Shown: positions 37,148-51,760, counted from the whole stretch's first letter. The stretch: DNA of 62,846 nucleotides, filler included, from Collodictyon triciliatum (GCA_043381765.1; 6 parts of 6 records of this genome joined end to end with filler, not necessarily neighbours in it), one strand, 5' to 3'. Made by a program: numbers and translations. The notes: generated by a model from the letters alone, not told the origin.

Positions 37148-40100
37148 TTACTCAGCTGCTCCTGGTCTCGCTCCCTTATGCGAATCAGAGCTCGTGATGG
37201 ACTCCAGTATACTGTTGCGGAGATTTACAGACTCTAACGTTTGAAAGTCCTCAGCCCCCAAAACAGATTGATAGATTAAAAGGGCCTCTTCTGCATAATG
37301 CAACCCAGTATCATACCTTTTCAAGAAATAATTAAACAAGGGTTATTTTCGAGGAAGAAAAGGCGATGTGCTGCTAATATATTATGAATTTAGCAAAGAA
37401 ATCGACATACTCTTCCATTTGGAATAATTGAATGGCAGCGTGCGTGAACGACTCTGCGAGAAGAAGTGATTTGTCCCCAAAAAGGCGAGAAAGGCTTGTC
37501 AGGTGCTTATCGTAGTAGAAACTAGCTTCTTGAACACTTTGGGTGTGTAGATCAATTAGTGAGCTTATGAAAGAAAAGAAACTGGCTTTTATTCAAGTGA
37601 GTTCATTCAAGACTGATTTTTGAATAACAATAAAGGTTGTACTTGAATTTTATCAAGTTATCTCCGGCTGTTTTCCAAAATTCGATGGTTTTTTCATGGT
37701 CATCGCCAAGCGATTTAACAAACTCTTCAGAGGATGCTCGAAAATAGTCTTTCGATTTTTCGAATCTTGGAAATATTATAAGAACTGGGGTTTAAAACTG
37801 TCAAGTGACAAATACAAACTTGAGATGATTAAATATACAAAAGATTACGCATTTGCACCAGCACAGGCAACAGCAAGGTCACATAACAACAGAGCCATGC
37901 CTTCATGATTTTCTGGACGCTCTTCTTGCAAAACACTTACTTGTTCGTCAAAGTATTTTTGTGAAAAAAACCCTCTGTTACAAATTAAAAAAGGAGGTTA
38001 ATTCGGAGAATTGTCAAAGTCCTTTTTTTTAAAAATAAACAGTGACACAGAGTTCCAATAGACCTCTTTAAAAATCAACATTAACTAAATAATAATGAAG
38101 TTAGTAGCTGGCTCACTCATTGTGCTGAAGAAATTTCTCTCCAATATGACGGAATATCATAGAATCGGCCGGATTTGCTGAAAACTGACGATGAACTCCC
38201 ACGAATTTTTCAAAATAAAAATCTGCCTTGGCAAACCTGATTGCAAACAAAAAAAATTCATTGGGCCAGATTATTTTTGTTGCCTTATCGCATATAGCCA
38301 TGATTTGCAAAAAGAGTTTTATGAACTCTGCACTAAATTGTGTTTACCATCCATGTTGAAGATGCATAACTGCAAGTTCCTCGTAGATAAATACAAGAGC
38401 TTCCGGATTATTCGAGTTTTGGCGGCAAAATAAATCAACAAACTCGGTGAAATAAACCTCTGAAACGTCGTACCTTGAACAGATACATAGTAAAATTTAG
38501 TGCAAAAGTAGCTAATGTACCAATCTATGGGCAACATATTTAAATAATGACAAACTTTTTAACTTTCAAGTATTCCATAGCCAGGGATTTACAAAGTTCA
38601 AGATATTCAGGTTGGCTCTTCCCAAGACATTGACCAAGATTTTTTAATGCTTGTTTGTGGTATATGTCTGACTTGTCATAGCTTAAAGATGTTGAAATGA
38701 AAAATTTAAGCAGATTTCGTTATTACCTGATATATATATATATAATGCATACATTAATGGATTATTTATCAAGCAGAAACTTACATTCCTCTTGAAAGGT
38801 AATCATCTCCGATAGACTTACTGAATACAGCTACATCTGCTAAATTCTCAGACAAATGAATAGTCATAATCCAAAGGCCTTGTCTATGATAATCATCTGC
38901 TTTATCGTACCTAGCAAAATCGCAGATATCATTAATGTAAAACGTTTAAGTTTTAAACATTTGAATCTTACCATGATTTTTGGACGTATGATGACCCGAT
39001 ATCCTTATGCAAATTAGCAATACGAGAATAGTCATTGCCACATGACTTTTTGAAAATATCGATACATTTTCCGTAATAATCTTCGGCAATATCATATCTA
39101 ATTAGGGAAATGGTATTTGTTGAGCCTTCCAATGTAAAGAAAGCATTTAAAAATTGAAATACCTTCTAGAATCCAAACAAGAATCTCCCATTTTCTTGTA
39201 AATAGTCGATACGTCCATTTTTGATGCCTTGTTTGATTTTTCCATAATATTTACATATTCTTCAAAATATTTGTTTGCTTCGTCAATCCTAAACGTGTTC
39301 ACGTTAGCCGTATAAATTTTCATTTTCCCACTAGGTAGCAAAGATAACCTTGAGAAGGATAGCTGAATGGTTTAATATAATATCATAAATAAGGGTAAAT
39401 ACCATCCTCCATCCAGGTACAAATCTTTTAAAGTCCAAATTATTGATGGTAAGTCAATATTTGAGTTTTCTGAGCGTATTTTAGCCTTCAGAATTTCGAG
39501 ATATTTAGAGTGCATCTTTTGAGCAGCATCAAAACTAGTTCATCAAAGTAAGATTGTGTTTAACGCAATAATAAACATTTCGCCAAACAGGTTTCCATAA
39601 TTGTGTTTAGAATGTTATAAATGTAGTACGATAAATAAACATAGCAATTATTGTGGGAGTATGCACTTTCTAGCAGTCAAAAACAAGCTTCCAACATGGT
39701 ATATCTTATCAAGCACGTATGAATCTGTATGACCACGACGGCTTACTTCGCACTCAATCAAGTTGGTAAAATAGTTGTAAGCTTTTTGATACCTATTTTG
39801 GAAAAATCTTTATATGAAAAGCACCTAAAAAATATCATCTATGTCGTGATTAATAGGAAAAAAAAAGAAAAGAAAAACTATTATGTTGTATTGCTGGGGT
39901 ACTTTTTTTCCGAGCAGTATCTATTCGCTAAATCCTCAATCTCTTTGGTAATTTTTTCAACATTGGCAGTTGAAGCGCGAAGAGCTTTGATATACTTTAA
40001 ATGGTACTCGTCCGCCAGGTCAAACCTTATCATATAATAATGACTTATCCGTCCCAATGTGGTTGTCAAGTGAATAGAAATAAATATTACCAATCAATTT

Positions 40101-43100
40101 CAAAATAGACGTCACCGATTTCCTTATACAAATCCATCAATCCAGAAGATGATGGAGATGATGAAAGGCAATCCACCGCATTCTTGAAGGATTCTCCAGC
40201 TTTTCCAAATCTTATGAAAAATGAATATAAATTTTTTTCTTGGTACATCAGAATTGAACTGTCAAGAAATGATAATCATATTTTGATGAAAAGTCTTTAT
40301 TTTTAATTCAACATACTCTCTTTCTGACAAGTGGCGAACGCCTATTCTTTTGAAAATAATATGCAATTTCGGGTTTGTAGAGTCATATAGTTTTTGAGAA
40401 AATTTTATGCATTTTTCATACCTAAATCACACAAATGAATGATCAGTTTCAAAATGGTCAGAAAAATCGTCATTTGAGTTTATTTCCAACAATGTGACAA
40501 TCTTACTCTCTCTTTTCAAAGTACCCATCTATAATAGGTTGGATGATTGGTGTTGGGTCACGTTTGTGTGAACTTGAAGAAGCCGCCACAACATCGATAT
40601 ATTTTGTGTAAAATTCATCTGCAAGCTCAAATCTAAAATTTGTTCGTTTATATTTTGAATTTATCCTTTTTTTGAATAAACTGGGATCAAATAATTCACA
40701 AAACTCACCTCGATTGAGAGAAGTATATATCTCCAGCTGATTTGAATAATTTAGCTATTTCTATATGGAATTCTCCATATGCAAGTTTGTAAAAATGAAG
40801 GCATTTGTCGAAACTATAAAAAAAAGAATGAATAAATTCATGTACCAAGTATTTAATTAGCTTTAACGCAGTGACAAAGGTGGTTATCAAGTATTGCATC
40901 ATTTTGAACGAAGCCAAATATATTTAAAAATATTTAAAAAAATACTTTTGGCGAGATAAAAACAAAGTTCCAATTTCCCGGCATGATTTAATGAATACTG
41001 GGTTCTGAATGCCATATTCTCTTGAAAGTATATTACAATATTCTGTCAAATAGTCACTGGCTACATCCACGCTAGTAAAGATGTGAAGTAATTGTAGGAT
41101 TGTGAATATATGACCTAAAAAATTTTCGAAGCTGTCCCTGCTTTTAATAATAAATTATGATAAAACATTCCACCAAAAAAAATACTTGTTCTGCTGCAGA
41201 TATTTTTGTCCTTCTTTCCAGAGCAATTTAAGCGTATTTTCAATATCTTCATTCGCGGAGATTAAGTAAAAACGAACACCAGGCTGAAACCTTATTTCAT
41301 TTAGAATAAAAGCAATTCAAACATGTTATTGTTTACAATATACTTAAAATTACAAAATCATAGATGATGAAGGTTTTATACTTGTAAAAAAAAAAAAAAG
41401 GATATTACTGTTTTTGTTCGAAAAACATGTCCCCTATTTCCTTGGCTAAATTAGCTGTTTCGACCACCCTGTCGGTTGATTTTTTCGCATATTTTATAGT
41501 CATCTGAAAAACCTCGTCAGCTTCATGGTATCTAGTGGAATATCAGCAAAGGCGTAAGCAATTAATTAGACAAATGTAAAACGAAGTGAAATATCAGTAT
41601 ATTCAGGTACTTTTTACTGGTCATCAAATTTTGGGCAGTTTCTTTGCTCATCTGAATGAACTTGGGATTTTCATCCCCTAGTTTTTCCCTAGCCTCTTCC
41701 AACAATCTGAATGGAGAAAACTCGATCTCTCTGTTAATTTAGGCTGATCAGCAAGTGTATTTATCGATTTACAATCTTACGAGTAATTAATATTAACAAT
41801 TCATCTATACATGTCCGGGATAAATAGTAAGATGTTATCATTTGAATATTCTATTTCATGTTCAAACATTCGAGAGATATTGCGCACCTTTCACGTTCAT
41901 CACAAGAAGCATCCATTATTTGAAAATCACTAGGTAAATGTATTAAGTATATGTGCTATTTATAGGGACCTTAATTCCTCAAAATATTGGATGATAGTTG
42001 ACTTACTTGCTTTCATTGAAAATTGAATACAGTTGGTGATGGTTGACTAGGCTCCTCATGATTATTGAGAAATCTGCTTCTTCATGTTGAATACCTTTGA
42101 TTTTTTCTTTGCAGTCTTCAACTTTCCTGAAGCTTGGTTTGGTACGTACATTTTTAGATACATTTGAATAAAAAATAACAAAGCAAACAAAATACACGTG
42201 TTGCTGAATATCTTAAAAAAATGTGGACGTTACCATCTTATGGACATAAAATGGAACATGGATTCGATCCATAACGCTGACAATATGCTTCTTGGATCAA
42301 CCAGATGTATTCTTATATAGTGCTCTGCCTTTTCATAATATGACCAAGCCTTATCGACACTTTATTGGGTAGTGTAAAATTTATCAAAATTTTGGATAGG
42401 ATAAGATTACGTATGTGCTAGATAAAGTTCTATTAAACAATAATTATGTAAGACATGTTGTAAAACCTCATGACTGAAGTATGAAGGCGGCCAGCTAATT
42501 TTAGCATATTGTAATACTGCTGATTAAATTCTTTGGTCAAAGGTAGATTACTTTTCTCAAGTCCACTTTCAATCTCTTGAAAAGCCTCTGAAATCCTTGT
42601 TTTTTTTGTTTTCGTTTGTTTGTTTGTTTGTTTGTTTGAAAAAGATATTTTTTTGGTACTTAATGTTTTATAAATAATTTCATGAACGGTTTTATGAAAA
42701 TAATAATGTCTTGTGATATTCAAATTATTTTCATAATATGTATGTTCTTGTCTATTGCTCCAAAAACCTGTCCTCCTTCATGTAATATTCTGCTAGCAAG
42801 CAATGCAAAGAGCATACATATATTTGAGTATCGGTGGTAGATTTCTTTAATCTTCTAAGTGCCTGAGACAGATAGCTTCGTGCAGAATCAAATCTAATAA
42901 AATCAAGAAAAACGTAAACATTCATTTATTTTATATTTTAATCTGTATGTGATAAAGTTTTGATGAATAAATCAAATCAAACCCATCTACATACGACGCA
43001 ACTTCAGCGATTTCTTTATAGAAATTGTATATTTCTCTAGGATTTAGAGATGCAGTTGGCTCTAGGGCCAATATAAGTTTGTAAATCTCCAGCGAAGATG

Positions 43101-46100
43101 AGTAGCTGGAGAGTCAAGATTTTTAATTAAACCACATATAAAAGCTAGAATATTTTACTTCAATAGATGTATTGATATATCACGTCACCTCCTGATATTT
43201 GATAAGGCTATGGCGTATTGTCGAAGGTGTAAGATATCAGAGTTTCCAAAATGATGGTTAATATCGAACCAAAGTTTGAAAAACTCAGTGGCCTTGTAAA
43301 ATCTATCACAAGATTTATATCAAGACTCAAACATCGTAGATATTCCGTAATGGTATTTTTTTTTATTAAATATAACAAAACAAATTACCTGTTTCTCGAA
43401 AAAAGAATAAGGGCAATCTGCATATGTACATCACAAATGGGAAAATTAGATAAACTAATTTTTTTGTGGATCTCTAATGCGTGTCTCAGACATTCTTCTC
43501 CGTTCTCAGATTCACTGTTACATGAACAATTGTTTAATACGATGTTTTAAATTCATCTCTTTTTTTTTTTTTTACTATAATTCAGAGGCAACCATTTGTG
43601 CTATCACAAAAAGAGGGGAAACGATGGTCAAAAGATTCCTTAATTTAGCTTTTTCTTCTTTTTTTATGAAGATTATATGTAAATCATACGGATTTGAAGC
43701 CAAGAGGTAACTTCCAATTTTCAATAAAATTTTAGAAAATTCAACACTATTTTCTCCATACGTTTTCCGCACAATATCTTTCGCTTGTTCGGTTAATTGA
43801 TGTCCTCGATGCATGTTTCTGTTTTACAAGAATAATATGTAATTGATTCAGATATCTAGGAGTTTGTTAAAAAAAATCGTTAATTAGGGAATGAAGTCGT
43901 CAACAGACTTTGATTTTCCGACATGAAAATCAGCAACTTTAATCAACATTTGTGCATATTTCAAACTCGCTCGACCGAAGGCTTGCTCATATTTTTCGAG
44001 TGCTTCATCATACCTATTTTGTCATAATATTGATGATAGAAAATACTCTAAGAAAATTATTGGTTGCTTAAGCAAGTGAATGAGATAGGCTAACGTACAT
44101 ATTGACAGAAAAGTAGGCATCTCCTATGTCCTTGTTCATCGACGATATGTCTGAATCTTGAATATAAATACAACGGTCGAGGATTTCGTTCGCATCTTCG
44201 TAATATATTTTTGCCGAATCAAACCTGAATTCAAAATTGATGAGAATTGACATTCGAATCAAAGTCTCATAGGTAAAAACAAGAACTCTTTATGTAGGAG
44301 CAGAAAGTCTCCAATTCTCTTGCTCAAATAAGCTGCCTCCGTGTGTCGGTTGGTGAGAATCCTTTCGCATAGTGATGTCGCTCTTTGAATTCTGGAGTTT
44401 TAGTAGTATTTAATTCACAAGTATCAGAATTTTGAATATTTAATACCATAACTACATCAAAATAAAAGTATTAAAAAAATTCACACAAAAATTTTACGTA
44501 ATATTTTTATACATTTTCAAAGATGAATATTCACGTACTCATGGTTGTGAACAAAATGCATGAATATGACTCTGTATATGTTGATCATTTTTTGCATTAT
44601 TGTGTCATCTGCAATATCCACTGTCTCGAAAAACTCAATCAAAATGAGGTCTTGGGATTCAGAATTTCTACATTGTAATTTAACTCATAATATTATGTTC
44701 TCTTATTAAGTCCACTATTTGAATCTTATATCAAATATTTTATGATGGAATTAGAAGGAAACCCTATGTTTCGGAGACCATCCAAAAATTCAAAAAGATG
44801 TTCTAGTGTGCTCTCCGCTCGTTTGCTATTCGCTCCAAAAACATCGACGCGAATAAAATAGGACTTTCTCATAAAAGTAAAATATTCTTTGTATCTAAGG
44901 CATTCGTTATTTTAATTTATTACATAGTAACAAGCCTGGGAACTTTTTCGGCTGATACAGTGCAACAAAATCAAACCTTCCGTTTTTTAAATGAACCGTC
45001 GAAATTGCAGCATAGGCATCGCTAGTGATAGGGTGCTGCTTGCCAAAAGACACGCGGGATATTTCTATGGCTCGTTCAAGCTCTTGAATAGAAGCGTCCA
45101 TTCTAGAAAAAAAATTATGTTAAAATAGGAAACATATAGAAGGATATAAAAACGCACACCTCCCAAGTTCAGCTTTTGAGAGCCCTATTTCTATGTGAGA
45201 TTCTACTAATTTGGGAGATTGCTGTCCCCATAGCTGTGATCCAATGTGAATAGCTTGTGCTGCTGCATCTATAGCTTCATCAAACCTTCAAGTGCAAGTT
45301 AGTTCTAATTTTAACAAAGACAACACAAAAATTGTGCTGTCGTGGCAATAATAATGAATATGATGTGCCACTTAAACAAAGGAATAGAAAAAGAAAAAAG
45401 AAATACTGTTTGTTTCTCCGATGTAGTTTGCTAATTTCCTGATAGCCAGTAACGGCATCAGGGTGAATGTTTCCATGCAATCCTTCAAGATGTTCCAAGT
45501 AAAGCTTGTGATACACCAAGGCCGAAGCGTATCTGAAATTGTATTTAAAAATTATTAAAGGGTATTTTTATTGAAGCACAAAGTGTACACTTTGGTCCTA
45601 TAATGAAAGCATTATAAGTACTCTTCTATTCGAAGGCATGATTTCCCCAGTTGTTGATATAGTAGAATTTGGCTCTCTAATTGAGTTAATCATAAGGTTT
45701 AATCTATGTTTCAACGATTATTTGGTGGATACAGACGGAAAATACTAGCCTTTTTTTTCAGATACTTGTACTTTTTTCAGCAACATTTGTCTGCATTCAA
45801 GTGCATACCCAGCCTCGATAAGCAAATCAAAAACCAAATTTGCCTTAATACTATTGGACTATATCGGTAGTTGAAAAGAAAAGGATTTAAATATGCGAAA
45901 AATTAATCAAGAAGGCCCCTTTGTTGAAAGAATACTAAGCCTTACCATCAATAAATTGTTGTAAAAAACCGTCGGTTTATAGTCTTCGCCATCTAGCCAA
46001 ATCAAGTAAGACAAAAACTCGTACCGATATCGACTATTTGACAAGGATTCGATAACCTATTTCCAAAGAATCCATCGGAAAAATGGTAACATTATGATTT

Positions 46101-47830
46101 AATATAAAGAACGTGTTCTAATATAAAATTACGTACAAATTAGAATGTAAAGTACTAACATCTTCATTCTTTAGAAATTCTGCAAGCTCACGCTGCATAC
46201 AGGATTCTTTCAATGAAAAGCATATCTCAGATACATCCTCTGGTCTCTGTGGCAAAGTTGTTTGGTGATTCTTCAAAAGAAACGATGCATATGTCTTCAT
46301 GAAGCCCTCAAAGCTCTTCCTGTCACCACAATATTTTCGTTTGACTGAGGTTTGCAGAATTTTGTGACTGTAAAATAACCTAAAGAATAGAATTGTTCAT
46401 GGTTGATGAACTTGAGTGAGTTTGAATGAATTCAGATTTTAAATATATGTATATATGAATCAGTCAGGTATTATATTGTGGGAAAAAGCACTAGAGTATT
46501 TTGGCTACCTTCCATTGCAAATGTATAACGTATCTGTCATTATAAATAGTAGTGATTTCCTGTCGTTTAAAATCATGCATTCGAAATTAGTGTCAAATGT
46601 CAAATATATGAAAACAAGGTAGCAACATTATGTGTATCAAAATGTCAGTAGTAGTTTACCAGTCTTCATAATTGAACTCCTTTCCAAGTGTTTGTTCCAA
46701 ATAGTCGTCCATTTCGTTCTCTGTAAGTCCAGTGCGAGACAAAGCAAGAATTGATGATGCATATCGCACCAACTTGAATCCTTGAATTAAAAGAAGGGGT
46801 TACATGCAATATTTACAGCGAAAGGGGATAATAGTTCAAGGTAAAATATAAAAATGTAATCATGTTCTCCAACCATATTGTTCTTCCCATTTGTTGAGTA
46901 TATTCTGAAACAGTAATTCGGCATTTGGATGATTCAGATATCTCTGAATCTCATCTGAGAGACCCTCATACAGTCCAAATTGTCTTAGTTCATCTAGCAG
47001 TATCCTCAAGTACAATGGATTTCCTAGTAGGCAAGGAATATTGAACATGAATTCAGAATCAAAATATGGTTAATTAAAAATTTGTACATACTCGATGCTG
47101 GAGACTCTGAAATTTTTTGAACTTGATTATCAGATAACTTTTTATCATATCGAGATAGATAAGAGCTTATGATTGATTGTATTTCATTTGTATCCAACAA
47201 ATCAACTCTAATCGTATCCCATCCCAATTCCTCAATAATCTGAGATATTTATGTAATTAGCAGAGTTAAATTCAATAAATTGAGAATAAATCTACAGAAT
47301 AGGATATGAAATCCACATTTCCTTTGCGATAGAGCATCCACCTGCATGTTTTTTTGAGTATAAGACACCGAAATAATGACAGATAAGGATGACCCCGATA
47401 TTGTCGGTACCCAACCAAGTTGGTCGGGATGTGGATGAGAATATGAGGGAAGTAGTTCATCTACACCGTCGATTATAAAGAACTTTCTCCTGCAAAAGGA
47501 AATCCATATTATGTGACTCAAATTTAATATTTATTGCAGTCCAGAATACAAAAATCTCATTGCAATCTGGTATTGATGTTGTTAGGGTACCTTTTCGTTT
47601 TCGAAATCTTGGATATAATATATTGGAGTTGATCATCGGCCAGTGTTGATAATTCTGATTTTATAATAAATAGAATAAAAAATGAATACATTTACACTTA
47701 AAAACGAAATTATTACGATGGTATGAATTATGCAACATAATTAAATAATATGTCTCAAGAAGCTGATCCCAACCAGAGACAGAGCTATGCATGACTAAGA
47801 AAGATGCTGCCCTCTCGACGAAGCTTTTTT
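37148..47830 (-). CDS. NACHT/STAND NTPase-TPR protein (nephrocystin-3-like architecture); about 45 exons, 5' end lost at the contig break
   Basis: Walker B FFIIDGVDEL..LGWVP..VIISV; YLSRYDKKLSDNQVQKI..NPLYLRILLDELRQFG..LFQNILNKWEEQYG; LALSRTGLTENE. These are followed by about 30 TPR-like exons, e.g. FGKQHPITSDAYAAI. Confidence 0.9.
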
Positions 47831-47858
47831 ATTTAAAAAGGTTAGAAAAATCCATGAG

Positions 47859-47978
<120 letters not shown>

Positions 47979-48277
47979 NNNNNNNNNNNNNNNNNNNNNN
48001 NNNNNNNNNNNNNNNNNNNNNNTTAATTAATTAANNNNNNNNNNNNNNNNNNNNNNNNNNNNNNNNNNNNNNNNNNNNAATAAAAAAACATGTTCCCTTT
48101 TTTTTCGCCTTTTTTTCTTTCATTTTTTTTTTTTTTTTTTTTTACTGTTGCTTTCTGTTCGACCCGGGCAACGAGCAGACGAACGTTTCCTTCTCTATCA
48201 CGGGCCTGGACGAGTGGCTATCATATCTTTCCCGTCCCGCTGTTTGTTTCTATCTTTCCTTGTCGGCAACTCAGGCT

Positions 48278-48330
48278 TTTTTTTTTCCTTTATTCGATTC
48301 AAAGTGTAGCGAGGTTATGCCATACAAAGG
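48278..48330 (-). mobile_element. 53-bp 5'-truncated retroposed tail
   Basis: T9-CCTTTATTCGATTCAAAGTGTAGCGAGGTTATGCCATACAAAGG with a perfect TSD, AACTCAGGCT (48268-48277 and 48331-48340). Confidence 0.92.
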
Positions 48331-48359
48331 AACTCAGGCTGATCGCAACGAAAAAGAAA

Positions 48360-50729
48360 TGATGCAACGCCGTTAATTCCACATATAGAATATACTGTTT
48401 GGGCGATAGGTTCGGTTTGATGATGTCAAGTTTGTGTGTGGTAATTATCCGCGTGAAGGATTTTTCAACGACTTCATGACGATTAATATCTTACTAATTA
48501 AAAGTAATGTATTTTTATAGTATATGTCATATAATGTTAAATGATCATATATTAAAGGCAAATTAAATTATATACTATACAATCCACAAATAGAATGATA
48601 GCGTCGCCTTTTTCTCTTTTCTCTCTTTTCTCTATTTCGATGCATAACCTGCTCTTTACCGTGTATTTAATTTCACCACACATGGAGCTCTATCCGCAGG
48701 TCTCGTAACAATCCTTTTTGTATCCTCTCTGTCACGAGCAAACCTTTCGCTTATTTCTCTAGTTCTCACCTGGAAGCATACATTTTTCATATTATAGACC
48801 CATGCAGTTTCTAATTACTGGCGATAGTTGCTTCCATCCATTTTTTTTTTTTTAAAGAGTTACTGAATCCATTCTATTTTTTTTCGTAGACACGACTCTC
48901 AATCCTTTCAATCAGGGTTCGTCGGCTTGGCCATCGTTTGGGTGATTTTTTCGCTCCGTGTATTTCTTTTTGGGATTATTCGAGTATTCATGGCCCAGTC
49001 TTTGGTCTCAAATTCTTGTCTATTGGTATGAATCTGTATGGACATATCACCTCTCAAGTCACTATTGTACGAATCTGTCAACTAACAGTTGCCTGAGTCC
49101 ACATCTATTCATATACTTTCATAATGCAGCTCGCTTATTATTTTTTTGTCGGATTTTTTTTTTTATGTGGAGTAATACACTCATTTGTTTTACCAGGGTT
49201 CCGTATGGAGTGCAATTCAACACATTCTCATTACTTATTCTCTTCTATGGTTCCTTGATTCATGAAAGAGCTCCATGGTAAGAATATAAGCACATTACTT
49301 GGCCCATATTTTTTGGACTCAACACACTGATATGCGGGTTTATTGGAGGTAAACATACATGCACATTTTTTTCTTTTTGATATTTCTTTCGAACACGCTT
49401 TGTATGACAAGTAATTGTATTTTTATTTTATTTTCCTTTTCTTTTTAAACAAAAATTCGTGGGTGAGTGTGTTCGCGATATATTTTATTATTATTATTAT
49501 TACTATTATTACTGTTGTTTTCATTTCTTTTGCAATGCGTCTGAAAAATGAAGTCCTAAGTACACCTTTATCAAACTCATATATGTAGGCTGGATTGGCG
49601 TTGGAGTAACATATGGGTCCAGCGAATCTTTAGAAAGAGTGGTCTCATATTTTGCATCATTCATCTACTTACTTTTGTCAATACTGCTCACTTATTATGG
49701 AATAATGGTCCATAAGCGGCCGGATGGATACAATGTAAGTGTTCCCCTCTTTCAATATAAGCCGGTTTAAAGTGAATAAATGCAACATAAATTCATTCGG
49801 TATGAAAAGCAGCTGGATTCAAATAATTTTTGTCCTTGCTATTGTAGTCAATTACAGGTTGTTCGTACATAGAATGTATATAGAAAATGTAATTCATATT
49901 ATAACCACATAGATGCACGTTTTATATCGGACATCAGAATATTCATGGCCTGTGCTTACCGGAGTTTTAATATTTTCGTTCTATTCCCGGTCTTTCTTCA
50001 ATCTTTACTTCGCCATCGAGCCAAAGAGTGTTGCATCTCCCCATCGCCGCGTAAGTTCGAAAATGCCGAAACAAACAAGGACTACGTCAGTGATAAGATA
50101 TATTGTGATAAAATAACCCGCTCTTTTTCAATTTAGGCGATTGACTATGACTTGGATACGGAGTACTGCATATGGAGCTTTGTATGGGAATTGATACCAG
50201 TTATCCTAATCCTCACATTCTTCAAGGTATCAGTAAATTTCACAAACTTTAATTCAAATATGAAATTATTATATCATCTAAATGGTGACCTTGGTAAATG
50301 CAGTTATTTTCACAATTGCATTGAGTTGTATTTAAAACTTCTCATCACTTTGCTTTCATATTCAGTCATGTGTTTACTTTCCTTATTTGACCAATAAAAA
50401 CACATAATTGGAACAACGTTTTAGATTCCTGATATTGAAAATATGTTCAAGAGAAAATCACGTGCTCATCTGGAGAATCTGCCGCCGCTCCTTTACATGA
50501 ATATCAATTGTTCGTACTTTTACTCGAGCCATTTGATTCTTTCTAGACATTTCTGTCACATATAATTGTATAAATGCATGCCATCTGATAGGAGTTTTAT
50601 TATATGAATTTAACAGCCCCACCAGGTGAGCATAACTACTTCCAGAACCCTCGCCGATATGACAGCGAAGACGAAGAAGACTCAGAGTCTTCATCTCTCC
50701 TGGAATCCCCTATCGAGATACAAAGCTAA
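48360..50729 (+). pseudogene. GPR137: GPR137-like lysosomal 7TM protein with an apparent frameshift and in-frame stop (pseudogene or assembly errors); 5' end approximate
   Basis: SFQSGFVGLAIVW, VPYGVQFNTFSLL, FVWELIPVILILTFFK and YFQNPRRYDSED resemble GPR137 motifs. There is an extra T in the run at 48946-48951 and a TAA at 49279-49281 inside an exon. Confidence 0.75.
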
Positions 50730-51004
50730 CACTGGACTTAGTTCTCCATACATACTTTCCCTCTCATTCGTTAATTCAGTTCATAGGCCATTAAAGCAAA
50801 TATAATATGTTGTTTTTGGAGGGAACAAAGCATTCACTTGCAGGTCTATATGACGTAGAAGGTTAAATTTGTTTGCGTTTTCTTTTGTTGAAAAAAAAAA
50901 GAACAAAGAAACTTCGAATCAAGATGAGCAACAAAGGAAGATAGAAAAGAATGCTCGAAGAGGCTTTTTTTCTTTCTTTTTTTTGTTTTGCCAACCACTT
51001 TTTT

Positions 51005-51760
51005 TTAAACAGAAGAAACGTGGTGGTAGTGATGGCGAGTTCTGGATTCCAGTGTATGAAGTTGCCTGAGCTTGATATAAAAGAACCATACCGAACCGAT
51101 GATATTTGTTATCATGCCAGCAACAGCCCAGTGGTGGAAATCTGAGATTGTAGGCAGGACAAGTTCACTCATCACTGAGGCGAATACATGCTTTGCGTTT
51201 CCGATTGCAGACATGGTTAGAGGCGTTTTTATATTAGCACATAGGAAGACCGCTTTCTTAATTAGAGTTTGTCTCTCATTCATCTTTGTCAAACTTGGGG
51301 GGTTTAAAGACAATAGATACGAGTAAGTAAGGCGAGATAAAAATTATAGGAAAGTTACGCAAAGTATGAAAGCGCTATTTCTACACTATATGGATACCAA
51401 TAACACGTAATAAGAAAAAAAATTCTTCCAAGATGAACGAGATAAAAAAGAATCGAGTTGATTACAAAGACGGACGATAATCGACGAGCAGCGATGGATG
51501 TGGGTATTGTACTCCTGGATAAGCTTGCGGTACCGAAAATCATGCTAACCAGAAAACAAATGTAAAGAGAAAGTACCTATGAATATTTAAGCGTAATTGT
51601 GACGTAAGAAGTATTAAGGATAAAATATAAACTACTCCGACAAAAGAACGTTCTATAAAAATATAGACCCGATGAGTTGGAGATTTCAGTAAGGCGAAGA
51701 CAATACAATCACAAAAGCGATACCAATATGATATGTTTGTATAGGTGCTCAGAGACCTAA
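51005..51760 (-). pseudogene. SLC35-type nucleotide-sugar transporter fragment, apparently degraded
   Basis: VFLCANIKTPLTMSAIGNAKHVFASV..AVAGMITNIIGSVWFFYIK resembles the last TM pair of SLC35/TPT transporters. Upstream hydrophobic frames are broken. Confidence 0.4.

Noticed and set aside
48290-48304. tRNA or B-box (TTCGATTC) within the retroposed tail
   Set aside because: There is no cloverleaf or A box, and the motif is antisense to the polyA-defined orientation.
49279-49281. Reassigned stop codon (TAA as sense)
   Set aside because: Three long ORFs with AT-rich stretches and dozens of exons contain no in-frame TAA or TAG, and the same gene also has a frameshift.
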